From positions 44,521 to 108,520 of the forward strand of contig CAVTTU010000033.1 in assembly GCA_963737535.1 (NCBI GenBank): 64,000 nt of DNA, in the 5' to 3' direction. Below the pieces are notes generated by a model. The model made no database searches. It was not told where the DNA came from and was given only the letters and a program-made list of their open reading frames with translations. Below, piece after piece: positions 1 to 12,218 of this stretch (positions are counted from its first letter, which is position 1; each line of letters begins with the position of its first letter). This DNA is from an uncultured Solirubrobacterales bacterium (lineage in GTDB: Bacteria > Actinomycetota > Thermoleophilia > Solirubrobacterales > Solirubrobacteraceae). A program made the translations under genes and the position numbers.

Positions 1-30
1 CGGCGACGCCGGACCTGCGATGCTCTGAGC

Positions 31-2272
31 GTGCAATGCAATGATGCGGCGCAGATGAGCGGCAGGATTCGAGCCGCGCTTGTTGGGGTTCTTCTGCTGG
101 CCGCCCTCGGGGTGTCGGCGCCGCGAGCTGCGGCGTCAGGTCCGGGCCTTCAATATGTCGCCACCGGCAGCGCCGAGCAGGTCTACGTCACCGATGCGCC
201 CCCACACGCGCGTTTGACCCTGGTCAATCAGCACGGCAAGTCCGTCCAGACCCGCCGTGTCGACTCCCTCGGAGGGCTGCTGTTCCGCAACGTCAAGCCC
301 GGCCACGGCTACCGGGTGCGCGACGGGGGCCACCGCTCGCGCGCGGTCACCGTGTTCTCCGACCGCCCTGCGCCGCCCAGCACGAAGTTCTACACGCAGC
401 ACATCCCGACCAGCGGCTACGGGTACCTCCGCACGCGCGACGGGACCAAGCTGGCCATCGACGTGCGCCTGCCGTCGGGCAAGGGGCCGTATCCGACGTT
501 GATCGAGTACGCCGGCTACGGCTACGCCGACCCCGCGGGCGCGCAGAGCGGGATCAGCGCGGTGGCCACGCTGCTGGGCTTCGCGGTCGTCGACGTCAAC
601 ATGCGGGGCACCGCGTGCTCGGGTGGCGCGTTTGACTACTTCGAGCCGCTGCAGAACCTCGACGGCTACGACGTGATCGAGACCGTGGCCCACCAACCGT
701 GGGTCCTGCACCACAAGGTCGGGCATGCTCGGCATCTCCTACGGCGGCATCAGCCAGCTCTTCGTCGCCGCCACCGACCCGCCCGATCTGGCCGCGATCA
801 CCCCGCTCTCGGTGATCGACAACACGGCCACGACGCTGTATCCGGGTGGGATCCTCAACACCGGATTTGCCCTCGGGTGGGCGAAGGACCGCGTGCATGA
901 CGCCGAGCCGGCCTCGCCGACCGGCGGTCAGGCCTGGGCCTATGAGCGCATTCAGCACGGCGATCAGACCTGCAAGCACAACCAGGAGCTCCACGGCGAG
1001 GCGGCCAACCTGCTGGCCATGGTCAAGGCCAACCACTACTACGTGCCCAAGGTGGCCAACCCGCTGGCCCCCGTCACCTTCGTGCACAAGATCAAGGTCC
1101 CGGTGTACCTGGCCTGCCAGTTCACCGACGAGCAGACCGGCGGGCACTGCCCCGACCTCGCCGAGCACTTCACCGGCACCCAGCGAAAGTGGTTCACGTT
1201 CACCAACGGCGTCCACGCCGACTCGCTCGATCCCGACACGTTCACGCGCTGGTTCGACTTCATGGAGCTGTTCGTGGCCCATCAACGGCCGCAGCTCTCA
1301 CCGTTGCTGAAGGCAGAGGCCCCTGTGCTCTTCCAGAAGGCGCTGGGCGTTAACGGGGTGCATCTGCCCGCCGATCCGATCCAGTCGGAGCCGAACTACG
1401 GCGCTGCCCTGGCGGCGTTCGAGAAGCTTCGCTCGGTGCGGATCCTGTTCGACAACGGGGCCGGCAGCAGCGTGGCCGGCAATCCCGTTCCCGCGTTCGA
1501 CCAATCATTCTCGCGCTTCCCGCTGCCGGGAACTCGCGCCGTCACCTGGTATCTGCAGACGGCGGGACGGATGGGGGCGCGATCCGCGGCCGGCGTCGAT
1601 CAGTTCAGCTGGAAGCGCCATGCGGTTCCGCCGACCGACTTCACCGGTCCCGATGATGGCAGTCCCGGCGGGTTGTGGACGGCCATACCGGACTACCACT
1701 GGGCGCAGAATCCGCCCGGAACCGCGGTCTCGTATCTGACCCCGAAGCTCACAGCCAACACCGCGGTGGTCGGCGGTGGCGGCGTGCGCCTGTGGATCAA
1801 GGCATCGGTCCCCAACGTCGACCTGCAGGCGACGGTCACCGAGGTACGCCCCGACGGCAAGGAGACGTTCGTCCAGGACGGCTGGATCCGGGCCAGCGAG
1901 CGCAAGCTCGCGCCGGGCAGCACGCTGCTCTATCCCAACCCGACCTTCCACGGCGCCGATGCCAAGCCGCTTCCGGCAGGCCGCTGGACCCAGGTCAGCG
2001 TCCCGCTGTACTACGAGGGCCACGTCTACCGCAAGGGCTCGCGGATCCGGATCATCATCAGCGCGCCGAACGGCGCCCAGCCCGTGTGGTCATTCGCCGA
2101 CACGGTGCCGTCCCACCCGGCCACGATCCGCATCTCTCACTCGGCGCAGAGACCGTCCAGCCTCACGCTTCCTGTCGTGCCCGGAGTCCACGTCCCCACC
2201 GGGCTGCCGCCGTGTCCAGGCCTGCGCGGCGAGCCGTGCCGGACGTACGTGCCGACGGCATCGGCCGGCTGA
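31..2272 (+). CDS. Secreted CocE/NonD (S15-like) alpha/beta hydrolase with N-terminal Ig-like domain; one apparent frameshift at ~721
   Basis: Signal peptide; TRDGTKLAIDV, YPTLIEY and VNMRGTACSGG motifs. ORFs 31..900 and 725..2272 join to give KVGMLGISYGG (nucleophile GxSYxG). C-terminal jelly-roll (DGWIRAS, GSRIRIII). Confidence 0.85.
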
Positions 2273-2382
2273 GCGTCTCGTCCTAAATGGCCCACCTGGG
2301 CCATACCCACGGGGCCATGGAGTCGGTATAAGGTCCGCAACGCGTTCCCTGGGGAGGGAACGAGGGCGATCGGAGGGGGTGG

Positions 2383-3332
2383 TTGATGAGGCGGTCTATG
2401 GGTGCAATGGGTCGGGCAAGCTTGGTGGCGATGCTGCTGGCGGTCGTGCTGTCCGGCACGGCGGCGGCGAAGACCGAGCCCAAGGTCCACACGGACATCA
2501 TCAACGGCGCTCGGGCGACGCTCTATCAGGCTCCCTGGATCGCCTTCATGACGTGGCACAACCCGCGCACCCGTCTGCGCAGCTGGTGCACGGGCAGCGC
2601 GGTAACGCGTCATCTGGTCCTCACGGCGGCCCACTGCGTGCTGAACGAGAGGGCCACGGGCGCCGCCGCACCACTCGCTCGCGATTACGCCTTCAGGCTG
2701 CACAGCCTCAAGGGCGGATGGCCGGAGACTCCGCTGAAGACCGGCAGGCGCTACACCTACGCCGCCTACCGAGTCATCTGGGATGCCGCCTATCAGACAT
2801 CCTGCGCCACCGGTCGCTTCTGCAACGCGGCGAATGACTACGCCCTGCTGTACGTGCGCCGAACGCTCCCGTGTCCCCGGTGCGGCTCAACAGCATCACC
2901 GCGCCCGGCTACACCCTCTACGTCGGCAACACCGTGCACACGTACGGGTACGGCCAGACCAATCCCTTCAAGGCGATCTACCCCAATCGGCTCCTGCGCG
3001 GCGACATGTTCGTCTACAACCCGAGCTTCTGCCACGTCAGCTTCAATTCTCCGACCGTCTTCGACGGTCAGATCTGCATCGGCTGGTATCAGGGCGGCCG
3101 CCAGACCTGCCACGGCGACTCGGGTGGCCCGACGGTCATCGGCAACAGCTACAGCGCGGTGCAGGTCGGCGTGACCAGCTACGGGCTGTCGGGCTACTGC
3201 AACGCCGGTCGGGGGGTGGTCGCCGACGTCGCGCGGTCGAATTGGCTTCCCTACTGGATCTCCAGATTGAACAATGGCGGCCACGCCGCGGATCTGGCAC
3301 CACCGCCGCCGACGGGCAGCATCGGCGGCTGA
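2383..3332 (+). CDS. Secreted S1 (trypsin-fold) serine protease; apparent frameshift at ~2870
   Basis: Signal peptide; IING activation site; LTAAHC (His) and NDYALL (Asp) in ORF 2383..3174; CHGDSGGP (Ser) in ORF 2871..3332. Confidence 0.85.
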
Positions 3333-5329
<1,997 letters not shown>

Positions 5330-5379
5330 GCTCCGCCCTCGGCCGGAGGCCGTAGTCGTGGGAAAGGAAAGGAAAACGG

Positions 5380-6978
5380 ATGAAGCGAGCACTTGTCGTG
5401 GCGCTCGTCAGCGTTCTCGCCGTCGCAATCGCGCCGGCGGCGGGCGCCAAGCCACGAGTATTGACGGTCGGGACCTACAAGCACGTCCGCGGCCAGTACA
5501 AGACGATTCAGGCGGCCGTCAACGCCGCCAAGCCTGGTGACTGGATCCTCATTGGTCCCGGCGATTACAAGACGACGGCAAGTCATGCTCCGCGCGGCCG
5601 GCGCAACCGTCCCGCGGGAGTGCTGATCACCAAGTCGCGCCTTCACCTTCGTGGCATGAACCGCAACACGGTGATCGTCGACGGGACGAAGCCAGGTTCT
5701 GCCCCGTGCAGCAGAAAGCAGTCCGCGCAGAACTTCGGGCCCAGGATCCACGGCAAGGCCCAGGGGCTCAACGGTGTCATGGTGTGGAAGGCCGACAACG
5801 TCTCCGTCGAGAACATGACCGCCTGCAATTTCCTTGGCGGCGCAGGACACGCCGGCAACGAGTTCTGGTGGAACGGCGGTGACGACAGCGCCAAGATCGG
5901 CGGCTGGGGCTACAAGGGCGACCACCTGACCGCGACGAGCACGTTCTTCAAGGACGAGACCTCCGCGGCCCAGTACGGGATCTTCTCCAGCAACTGGAAC
6001 GGCGGGACGTGGAACCAGACCTACGCCAGCAACTTCAACGACTCGGGCTACTACATCGGCGCCTGCCTGCAGGAGTGCAATCAGGTCATCAACCACGCGC
6101 ACGGCGAGTTCAACGTCCTCGGTTATTCGGGTTCGAATTCGGGCGGCAGCCTGGTGGTCAAGAACTCCGAGTGGGACCGCAACCAGGACGGCTTCAACAC
6201 CAACAGTCAGAACGGCGACAACCCGCCGCCCCAGAACGGAGCCTGCCCGCACCACGGGATCAGCCCGGTCACACACACGCACTCGTGCTGGGTGTTCATG
6301 CACAACTTCGTGCATGACAACAACAATCCGAACGTGCCGAGTGCTGGTTCGGCGGCGGCCGGGCCGGTCGGGTCCGGGTTCGTGGATGCCGGCGGTCGCA
6401 ACGACACGATCATGCACAACCGATTCGAGAACAACAAGGCGTGGGGCGTTGTCATCTCGCCCTACTCCGACAGCGGCAAGCCGTGCACCGGCGGCACGCC
6501 CAACTCGCCGATCCTCGGTAAGGGGAGCTGCCTGTTCGACGACTGGGGCAATGCCGTGATCAACAACACGTTCGCTCACAACGGCGGCTACGGAAACCCG
6601 ACCAACGGAGATTTCGAGCAGCAGAGCCTGGAATCACATCCGAGCAACTGCTTCTCCGGCAACCACGACACGTCAGGCCACCTCAACGCCGATTCTGCGG
6701 CGCTGCAGAAGGCGTACCCCACGTGTACCACCAGCAAAGTTGCGCCGAACTTCAACCTCCCGTTCCTTAACGAGTTGCTGTGCGACACGCAAGTCACGCT
6801 GACTGGCTTCGGGTGCCAGCCCGGCGACCACTATCCCCGTCTGACGCGAGTGATCATGCACCCGCTGCCCAAGCACCTGAAGACCATGCCCAACCCGTGT
6901 GCCGGCGTGCCGCGCAACGCATGGTGCGATCCCACGGGCAAGAAGCATTCGGTCAAGAGGGCAAACAGCACCACCTAG
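5380..6978 (+). CDS. Secreted right-handed parallel beta-helix protein
   Basis: Signal peptide; YKTIQAAVNAAKPGDWILIGPGDY N-cap typical of beta-helix proteins; Asn-rich ladder; SD-like AAGGAAAGG upstream. Confidence 0.75.
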   Translation: MKRALVVALVSVLAVAIAPAAGAKPRVLTVGTYKHVRGQYKTIQAAVNAAKPGDWILIGPGDYKTTASHAPRGRRNRPAGVLITKSRLHLRGMNRNTVIVDGTKPGSAPCSRKQSAQNFGPRIHGKAQGLNGVMVWKADNVSVENMTACNFLGGAGHAGNEFWWNGGDDSAKIGGWGYKGDHLTATSTFFKDETSAAQYGIFSSNWNGGTWNQTYASNFNDSGYYIGACLQECNQVINHAHGEFNVLGYSGSNSGGSLVVKNSEWDRNQDGFNTNSQNGDNPPPQNGACPHHGISPVTHTHSCWVFMHNFVHDNNNPNVPSAGSAAAGPVGSGFVDAGGRNDTIMHNRFENNKAWGVVISPYSDSGKPCTGGTPNSPILGKGSCLFDDWGNAVINNTFAHNGGYGNPTNGDFEQQSLESHPSNCFSGNHDTSGHLNADSAALQKAYPTCTTSKVAPNFNLPFLNELLCDTQVTLTGFGCQPGDHYPRLTRVIMHPLPKHLKTMPNPCAGVPRNAWCDPTGKKHSVKRANSTT

Positions 6979-6990
6979 CTAGACGTCTGC

Positions 6991-7027
6991 TGTGATCGGT
7001 CGCGGCATCATGCCGTGACCGATCGCA
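6991..7027 (+). terminator. Stem-loop after the beta-helix gene (probable terminator)
   Basis: TGTGATCGGTCGCGGCA-tca-TGCCGTGACCGATCGCA, a 17-bp stem with two G-U pairs. Confidence 0.6.
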
Positions 7028-7076
7028 TGCGCCCGGGTCGGGAAGGAATCTGGCCAGACCCTAATCTCTGTTGGGT

Positions 7077-8168
7077 ATGAGCTCGTTGGTGGTCAAGCTG
7101 GGGTCGAGTCTCGTCGCCGATGAGAGCGGTGAGGTGCGAATGGATGTGCTCGAGCGCATCTGTCAGCAGGTCGCCGAGCTCCATCAGGGGGGCGAGTCGG
7201 TGATCGTGGTCACCAGCGGCGCCATCGCCCGCGGAATGGGGGTGATGGAGTTGCCCATCCGGCCGCGCGCGGTGGACGAGCTCCAGGCGGCCAGTGCCGT
7301 CGGCCAGGGCAAGCTCTATCAGGTCTACGACTCGCTGTTGCGCGCCCGCGGCGTCGGGACCGCCCAAGTGCTGCTCACCTTTTTCGACATGAGCGCACGG
7401 ACCCACTACCTGAACGCCCGCCAGACGCTCCACAAGCTGCTCGAGTGGCGGGTTATCCCGGTGATCAACGAGAACGACACCACGACCACCGATGAGATCT
7501 CGTTCGGTAACAACGACTTCCTCGCCGCCCAGGTGGCAATTTTGCTCGGCGCGCGGCTGCTGCTAATGCTCACCGACGCCCAGGGCGTCTACACGGCCGA
7601 TCCGCGCGTGGACCCGGACGCCCAGCTGGTCCGCCTCGTCGAGCAGTTCGATGCACTCGCGGGGCTGGACATCGGTCACGCCAGCTCGCCGCTGGGCTCG
7701 GGCGGCATGCGTTCGAAGGTGGTTGCGGCTGAGATGGCCACGGCAGCCGGCATTCCCACGGTCATCGCCAGCGGGCTCGAGCCCGGCATGCTGCTGGGTG
7801 CGGCGGCGGGCAAGGCGGTGGGAACGCGCTTCCCCGCCCGCTCGGCGCGCTATTCGAGCTTCAAGCTGTGGCTCAAGTACGCCAAGCCCGTGCGGGGGCG
7901 CGTGGTCGTCGACGCGGGTGCCGCTCGCGCCCTGCGCGAGGGGGGCACCAGCCTGCTGCCGGTGGGCGTGATCGAAGTGGCCGGAGACTTCAACGCCGGC
8001 GACGCCGTCGAGGTCTCGCACAATGGATTCGAGGTGGGGCGGGGCATCTCCAACTACTCCGCCGAGGAGCTGCGGCAGGTCCGCGGGCTGAAATCGGCCG
8101 ACGTGCGCGAGTTGAACCCGAGGGCCAGCGAGGAGGCGGTCCATCGGGATTACTTCGTGCTCGCGTAA
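7077..8168 (+). CDS. proB: Glutamate 5-kinase
   Basis: VVKLGSS, VTSGAI, AVGQ, INEND and GSGGMRSK motifs; C-terminal PUA domain. Confidence 0.95.
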   Translation: MSSLVVKLGSSLVADESGEVRMDVLERICQQVAELHQGGESVIVVTSGAIARGMGVMELPIRPRAVDELQAASAVGQGKLYQVYDSLLRARGVGTAQVLLTFFDMSARTHYLNARQTLHKLLEWRVIPVINENDTTTTDEISFGNNDFLAAQVAILLGARLLLMLTDAQGVYTADPRVDPDAQLVRLVEQFDALAGLDIGHASSPLGSGGMRSKVVAAEMATAAGIPTVIASGLEPGMLLGAAAGKAVGTRFPARSARYSSFKLWLKYAKPVRGRVVVDAGAARALREGGTSLLPVGVIEVAGDFNAGDAVEVSHNGFEVGRGISNYSAEELRQVRGLKSADVRELNPRASEEAVHRDYFVLA

Positions 8169-8180
8169 CCTTTGAGCCCG

Positions 8181-9446
8181 ATGGCGACGACGACCACATC
8201 GGTAGCCGAGACCTGCGCCGCGGCCAAGCGGGCCTCGCGGGTGTTGGCGACGCTCGGCTCGGACGTCAAGAACGGGGCGCTCGAGGCAATCGCCGGCGCG
8301 CTCGTGGAGCGGGCCGCCGAGATCCTCGAGGCCAACGCGCGCGATCTCGAGGCCGGGCGCGAGAGCGGTCTCTCGGCCGCTCTGCTCGACCGTCTGGCTC
8401 TGGACGAGCGCCGGATCGCCGCGGTCGCCGACGGCGCGCGGGCGATCGCCGCCCTGCCCGACCCGGTCGGTGAGGTGATCGACGGCTTCCGGCTGCCAAA
8501 CGGCCTCGACGTGCGCAAGGTGCGCGTGCCGCTCGGCGTTGTCGCCGTGGTCTACGAGGCCCGCCCCAACGTCACGATCGACGCCGCGGCGCTGGCCCTG
8601 AAGTCGGGCAATGCGATCGTGCTGCGCGGCTCGAGCTCGGCCGAGCATTCCAACGCCGTGCTGGCCGCGGTGGCCGGCGAGGCGGCCACCGCCGCCGGGC
8701 TTCCCGACGGAGCGCTCAGCCTGATCGCCGGCGCAGCGCGCGAGGAGCTGAGCGAGCTAGCCACCCAGAGCGGTGTGGTCGACCTGATCATCCCTCGCGG
8801 TGGCGAGGGCCTGAAGAACGCCCTCAAGGGCGTGGCCACCGTCCCGGTCATCTACGCGGCGTCGGGCAACTGCCACGTGTTCGTCGACGCCAGCGCCGAC
8901 CTCGACGACGCCGAGGCGATCGTGCTCAACGCCAAGCTCCAGCGGCCCGGAGTCTGCAACGCGGCCGAGACGCTGCTCGTCCACGCCGACGTGGCCGAGC
9001 GCTTCCTGCCGCGTGTGCTGGCGGCGCTCAGCGAGGCGGGCGTGGTCCTCCACGGGGACACGCGCGTCCGCGCGACCGTTCCTTCGCTCCCGGTGGATGC
9101 GGCCACCGATGAGGATTGGGATAGGGAGTACCTGGCGCTCGAGATGGCCGTCGCGGTGGTGGATGGAGCCGACGAGGCGATCGCCCACATCAATGCCCAC
9201 GGCAGCGGCCATTCCGAGGCCATCCTGACCCACGACACGCGCTCCGCGCGCGCCTTCGAACTCGGGGTCGACGCCGCCTGCGTGTACGTCAACGCGTCGA
9301 CGCGGTTCACCGACGGTGGCGAGTTCGGGATGGGCGCTGAGATCGGCAATTCGACCCAGAAGCTCCACGCCCGCGGGCCGATCGGCCTGCGCGAGCTGTG
9401 CACGTTCAAGTACCTGGTCGAGGGATCGGGCCAGACCCGCCCATAG
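8181..9446 (+). CDS. proA: Gamma-glutamyl phosphate reductase
   Basis: VPLGVVAVVYEARPNVT, CNAAETLL, NASTRFTDG and STQKLHARGP motifs. Confidence 0.95.
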   Translation: MATTTTSVAETCAAAKRASRVLATLGSDVKNGALEAIAGALVERAAEILEANARDLEAGRESGLSAALLDRLALDERRIAAVADGARAIAALPDPVGEVIDGFRLPNGLDVRKVRVPLGVVAVVYEARPNVTIDAAALALKSGNAIVLRGSSSAEHSNAVLAAVAGEAATAAGLPDGALSLIAGAAREELSELATQSGVVDLIIPRGGEGLKNALKGVATVPVIYAASGNCHVFVDASADLDDAEAIVLNAKLQRPGVCNAAETLLVHADVAERFLPRVLAALSEAGVVLHGDTRVRATVPSLPVDAATDEDWDREYLALEMAVAVVDGADEAIAHINAHGSGHSEAILTHDTRSARAFELGVDAACVYVNASTRFTDGGEFGMGAEIGNSTQKLHARGPIGLRELCTFKYLVEGSGQTRP

Positions 9447-9461
9447 CGTCACTCTTCGCCC

Positions 9462-10061
9462 GTGCGCCTCGGGATTCTCGGCGGCACGTTCAATCCGCCA
9501 CATCTTGGTCACCTCATCTGCGCCCAGGAGGCGTATGTTCACCTCCGCCTCGACCACGTGATGCTGATTGTTGCCCGTATACCACCCCACAAGGAGGTCG
9601 AGGACGAGCCGGGCCCCGAGGTCCGTCTCGAGCTCTGTCGCCTGGCCACCGGGCACGATGACCGTCTCTCCGTGTCCGATGTCGAACTGCGCCGGCCCGG
9701 GCCGTCATACACGGTCGATACTCTTGAAGAGCTGAGCACCAAGGCGCCAGACAACGAGCTTTTCCTAATCGTGGGCGGCGATATCGCTGCAGGATTGCCA
9801 CGTTGGCGGGAGCCGGAAAGGGTGCTGTCGCTGGCCACGTTGGCCGTGGCCGAGCGACCCGGAACCAGCCGCGAGACGATCGATCAGGCGCTCGCGGGGG
9901 TGGGGAGGAGCGGCAAGCCGGCGATGTTCTTCCCCATGCCGTCGATCGGCATCTCCTCGAGTGACCTGCGCGAGCGCGTCGCCGGGGGAAAGCCGATCAG
10001 GTACTTCGTGCCGGACCCGGTGGCGCAGTCCATTGCCGAACAACACCTTTACGGGGTATGA
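9462..10061 (+). CDS. nadD: Nicotinate-nucleotide adenylyltransferase
   Basis: GILGGTFNPPHLGH, SYTVDTL and ISSS motifs; follows proA. Confidence 0.95.
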   Translation: MRLGILGGTFNPPHLGHLICAQEAYVHLRLDHVMLIVARIPPHKEVEDEPGPEVRLELCRLATGHDDRLSVSDVELRRPGPSYTVDTLEELSTKAPDNELFLIVGGDIAAGLPRWREPERVLSLATLAVAERPGTSRETIDQALAGVGRSGKPAMFFPMPSIGISSSDLRERVAGGKPIRYFVPDPVAQSIAEQHLYGV

Positions 10062-10068
10062 CACCTTG

Positions 10069-10425
10069 ATGAATCCGGAACAGATCGTCTCTGCCATCAC
10101 CGGCTACGCCGCCGACCGCAAGGCCCTGGACATCGTGCAGCTCGACCTGCGCGAGATCCTCGGCTACACGGACTATTTCGTCATCTGCAGCGGCCGCAGC
10201 GATCGGCAGGCCAAGGCGATTCACGACGCCATCCACCAGGGCATGAAGCAGGACCACGACCTCCTGCCGCGCCGCGTCGAGGGACTGACCCAGGCCCGCT
10301 GGATCCTCATGGACTACCTCGACGTCGTCGTCCACGTCTTCACCCCCGAAACCCGGGAGTACTACCGCCTCGAGCAGCTGTGGGGCGAGGCGCCGGCGCA
10401 GTTCGTCGAGGCCGTGACGGGCTAG
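10069..10425 (+). CDS. rsfS: Ribosome silencing factor RsfS
   Basis: DYFVICSG and WILMDYLDVVVHVF...REYYRLEQLW motifs. Confidence 0.95.
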   Translation: MNPEQIVSAITGYAADRKALDIVQLDLREILGYTDYFVICSGRSDRQAKAIHDAIHQGMKQDHDLLPRRVEGLTQARWILMDYLDVVVHVFTPETREYYRLEQLWGEAPAQFVEAVTG

Positions 10426-10456
10426 GTCCGCCTCCGCGTACGGGCGGGTCCCGTGC

Positions 10457-10505
10457 GTTGAGTCCAACGTTGTCCTAGATAATCTCGGACAACGTTGGAC
10501 TCGAC
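10457..10505. repeat. Long inverted repeat between convergent rsfS and ppaC
   Basis: GTTGAGTCCAACGTTGTCC-tagataatctc-GGACAACGTTGGACTCGAC; 19-bp arms with one mismatch (G-U on the + strand). Confidence 0.85.
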
Positions 10506-10555
10506 ATCGGCCCGGATGTAGACGGCCGCCACCAACGCTCCGCCTCCCCGGCCCG

Positions 10556-12175
10556 CTACAGCGTCGCCATCAGCTTCGGCGCCACCTCTTTCTTGCGGCT
10601 CATGACGCCCGGCAGAGCCACGACGCTGTCGTGCGCACTGGCGCCGAAGCTGCGCGCCACGCCGGCCGTATCGCCGGCCACCAGCAGGTCGGTGCTCTTG
10701 GTGAGGATGTCCGTGACCATCAGCGCGTAGAGCTGCAGGCCGCGGTTCTCGCGGGCGCGACGCATAGCCTCGAGCAGCTCGTCCTTGCGGTCGAGCAGGC
10801 CCTCGCCGACGATCTCGACCTGGGCGATGCAGATGGTCTGGCCGCCCTGAAGCTCGTACTGCTTGGCGTCGCGGGCGATGATCTCCTCGGCGCTGACCCC
10901 GGAGAGGTCGGCGGTGGCTTCGAACATCTCGCGCCCGAGCTCGCGGGCGTCGAGGGCCAGTACCCGCTCGAGATACTCCACGACGGCGTGATCGCGCTCG
11001 GTTGTCGTCGGGGAGTTGAGGATCACCGTGTCGGACAGCACGGCACCGAGGAGCATGATCGCCGTCGAGCGGCTCGGCTCCATGCCATTGAGGCGGAAGC
11101 GCTCGACGACCAGCGTGGCGGTCGAGCCGACGGGGTCGAACGTAGCCGTGACCGGAATGCGGGTCTCGATTGAGCCGATGTGATGGTGGTCGAGGATCTC
11201 GACGATCTCGGCTTGCTCGATACCCGGGGCACTCTGAGCCTGCTCGGCATGGTCGACGAGGATGACCTTGCGTTGAGGCGGCGAGACCAGATCGGAACGG
11301 CGCAGCAGGCCCACCGGCCGGCGCCGGCCGTCAATCGCCACGGCGGCGCCGTAGTGCGTCTCCTTGACCTGCTCGGCCACATCGCGCACCACGTCCACGG
11401 TGGCGACCGTGAGGGGGTCGTGCTCCATCAGCGCGTGGCACGGCGCCGCGAGGGCGATCATGCGCGCCGATACATAGGTGTCGAGCGGAGACACGATCAC
11501 CGCGGTGCCGCGCTCCCTGGCCAGCTCGAGGATCTCTCGGCTCGGGAGCGATCCCTTGGACACCACCAGCAGCGCGGCGCCCAGGTTGATGGCCAGGGCC
11601 TGGGCGTCGTCGCGATTGCCGAGCACGACCACGTCGCCCTGGGATATGCCGCTGGGCGACTCCGGGTCCATCGACTGGACCCACACACGCCCGGCCAGCG
11701 TCTTGTTCTCGCCGGTCAGGAGCTCGCCCTGCAGCACATCGGCGACTGCCTGCACCCTGGTCGGAGCCTCCTCGAGCGTAGAGGTCTCGCGAGACTCGCG
11801 GATGAAGCGGCGGGCCAGGGTCCGCTCGGTGACCACCCCGATCAGGCCGCCGTCGGCGTTGACGATCGGCACGAGCTCCAGCTGCGCCCGCGACATGGCT
11901 ATCCCCGCCTGGCGGATCGGCTCGTCATCACCGATGATCGGGAAGCTCGTGTCCATCAGGTCGGACACTCGGAGCATCACGTGGGCGAGGATCGGGGGCT
12001 CGGGAGCGCCGCTGCGCTCGAGCACCCAGCGCGACTGGGCGTTGCACTCGCCGAGGCGGACGCCCCGGTACTCGTTGCCGCGGTCCAGCCTGCCCTTGAG
12101 CTCGGCGTAGCCGATCGCGCTGGCGATCGAATCGGTGTCCGGGTTGCGGTGGCCGGTGACGTAGATCGTGGACAT
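10556..12175 (-). CDS. ppaC: Family II Mn-dependent inorganic pyrophosphatase with CBS-DRTGG-CBS insert
   Basis: Starts MSTIYVTGHRNPDTDSI; ILVDH, ILDHH, LSDT and GVMSRKK motifs; CBS and DRTGG-like (VVVLGNRDDAQ) insert. Confidence 0.9.
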   Translation of the reverse strand: MSTIYVTGHRNPDTDSIASAIGYAELKGRLDRGNEYRGVRLGECNAQSRWVLERSGAPEPPILAHVMLRVSDLMDTSFPIIGDDEPIRQAGIAMSRAQLELVPIVNADGGLIGVVTERTLARRFIRESRETSTLEEAPTRVQAVADVLQGELLTGENKTLAGRVWVQSMDPESPSGISQGDVVVLGNRDDAQALAINLGAALLVVSKGSLPSREILELARERGTAVIVSPLDTYVSARMIALAAPCHALMEHDPLTVATVDVVRDVAEQVKETHYGAAVAIDGRRRPVGLLRRSDLVSPPQRKVILVDHAEQAQSAPGIEQAEIVEILDHHHIGSIETRIPVTATFDPVGSTATLVVERFRLNGMEPSRSTAIMLLGAVLSDTVILNSPTTTERDHAVVEYLERVLALDARELGREMFEATADLSGVSAEEIIARDAKQYELQGGQTICIAQVEIVGEGLLDRKDELLEAMRRARENRGLQLYALMVTDILTKSTDLLVAGDTAGVARSFGASAHDSVVALPGVMSRKKEVAPKLMATL

Positions 12176-12218
12176 GTCAGCGCGATTATCCACTCCATTT
12201 GCATTAGCGTGTCCGACC

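Noticed and set aside
2287-2304. Palindrome ATGGCCCA-cc-TGGGCCAT upstream of the protease
   Set aside because: Single occurrence with no linked regulator; an operator cannot be distinguished from chance.
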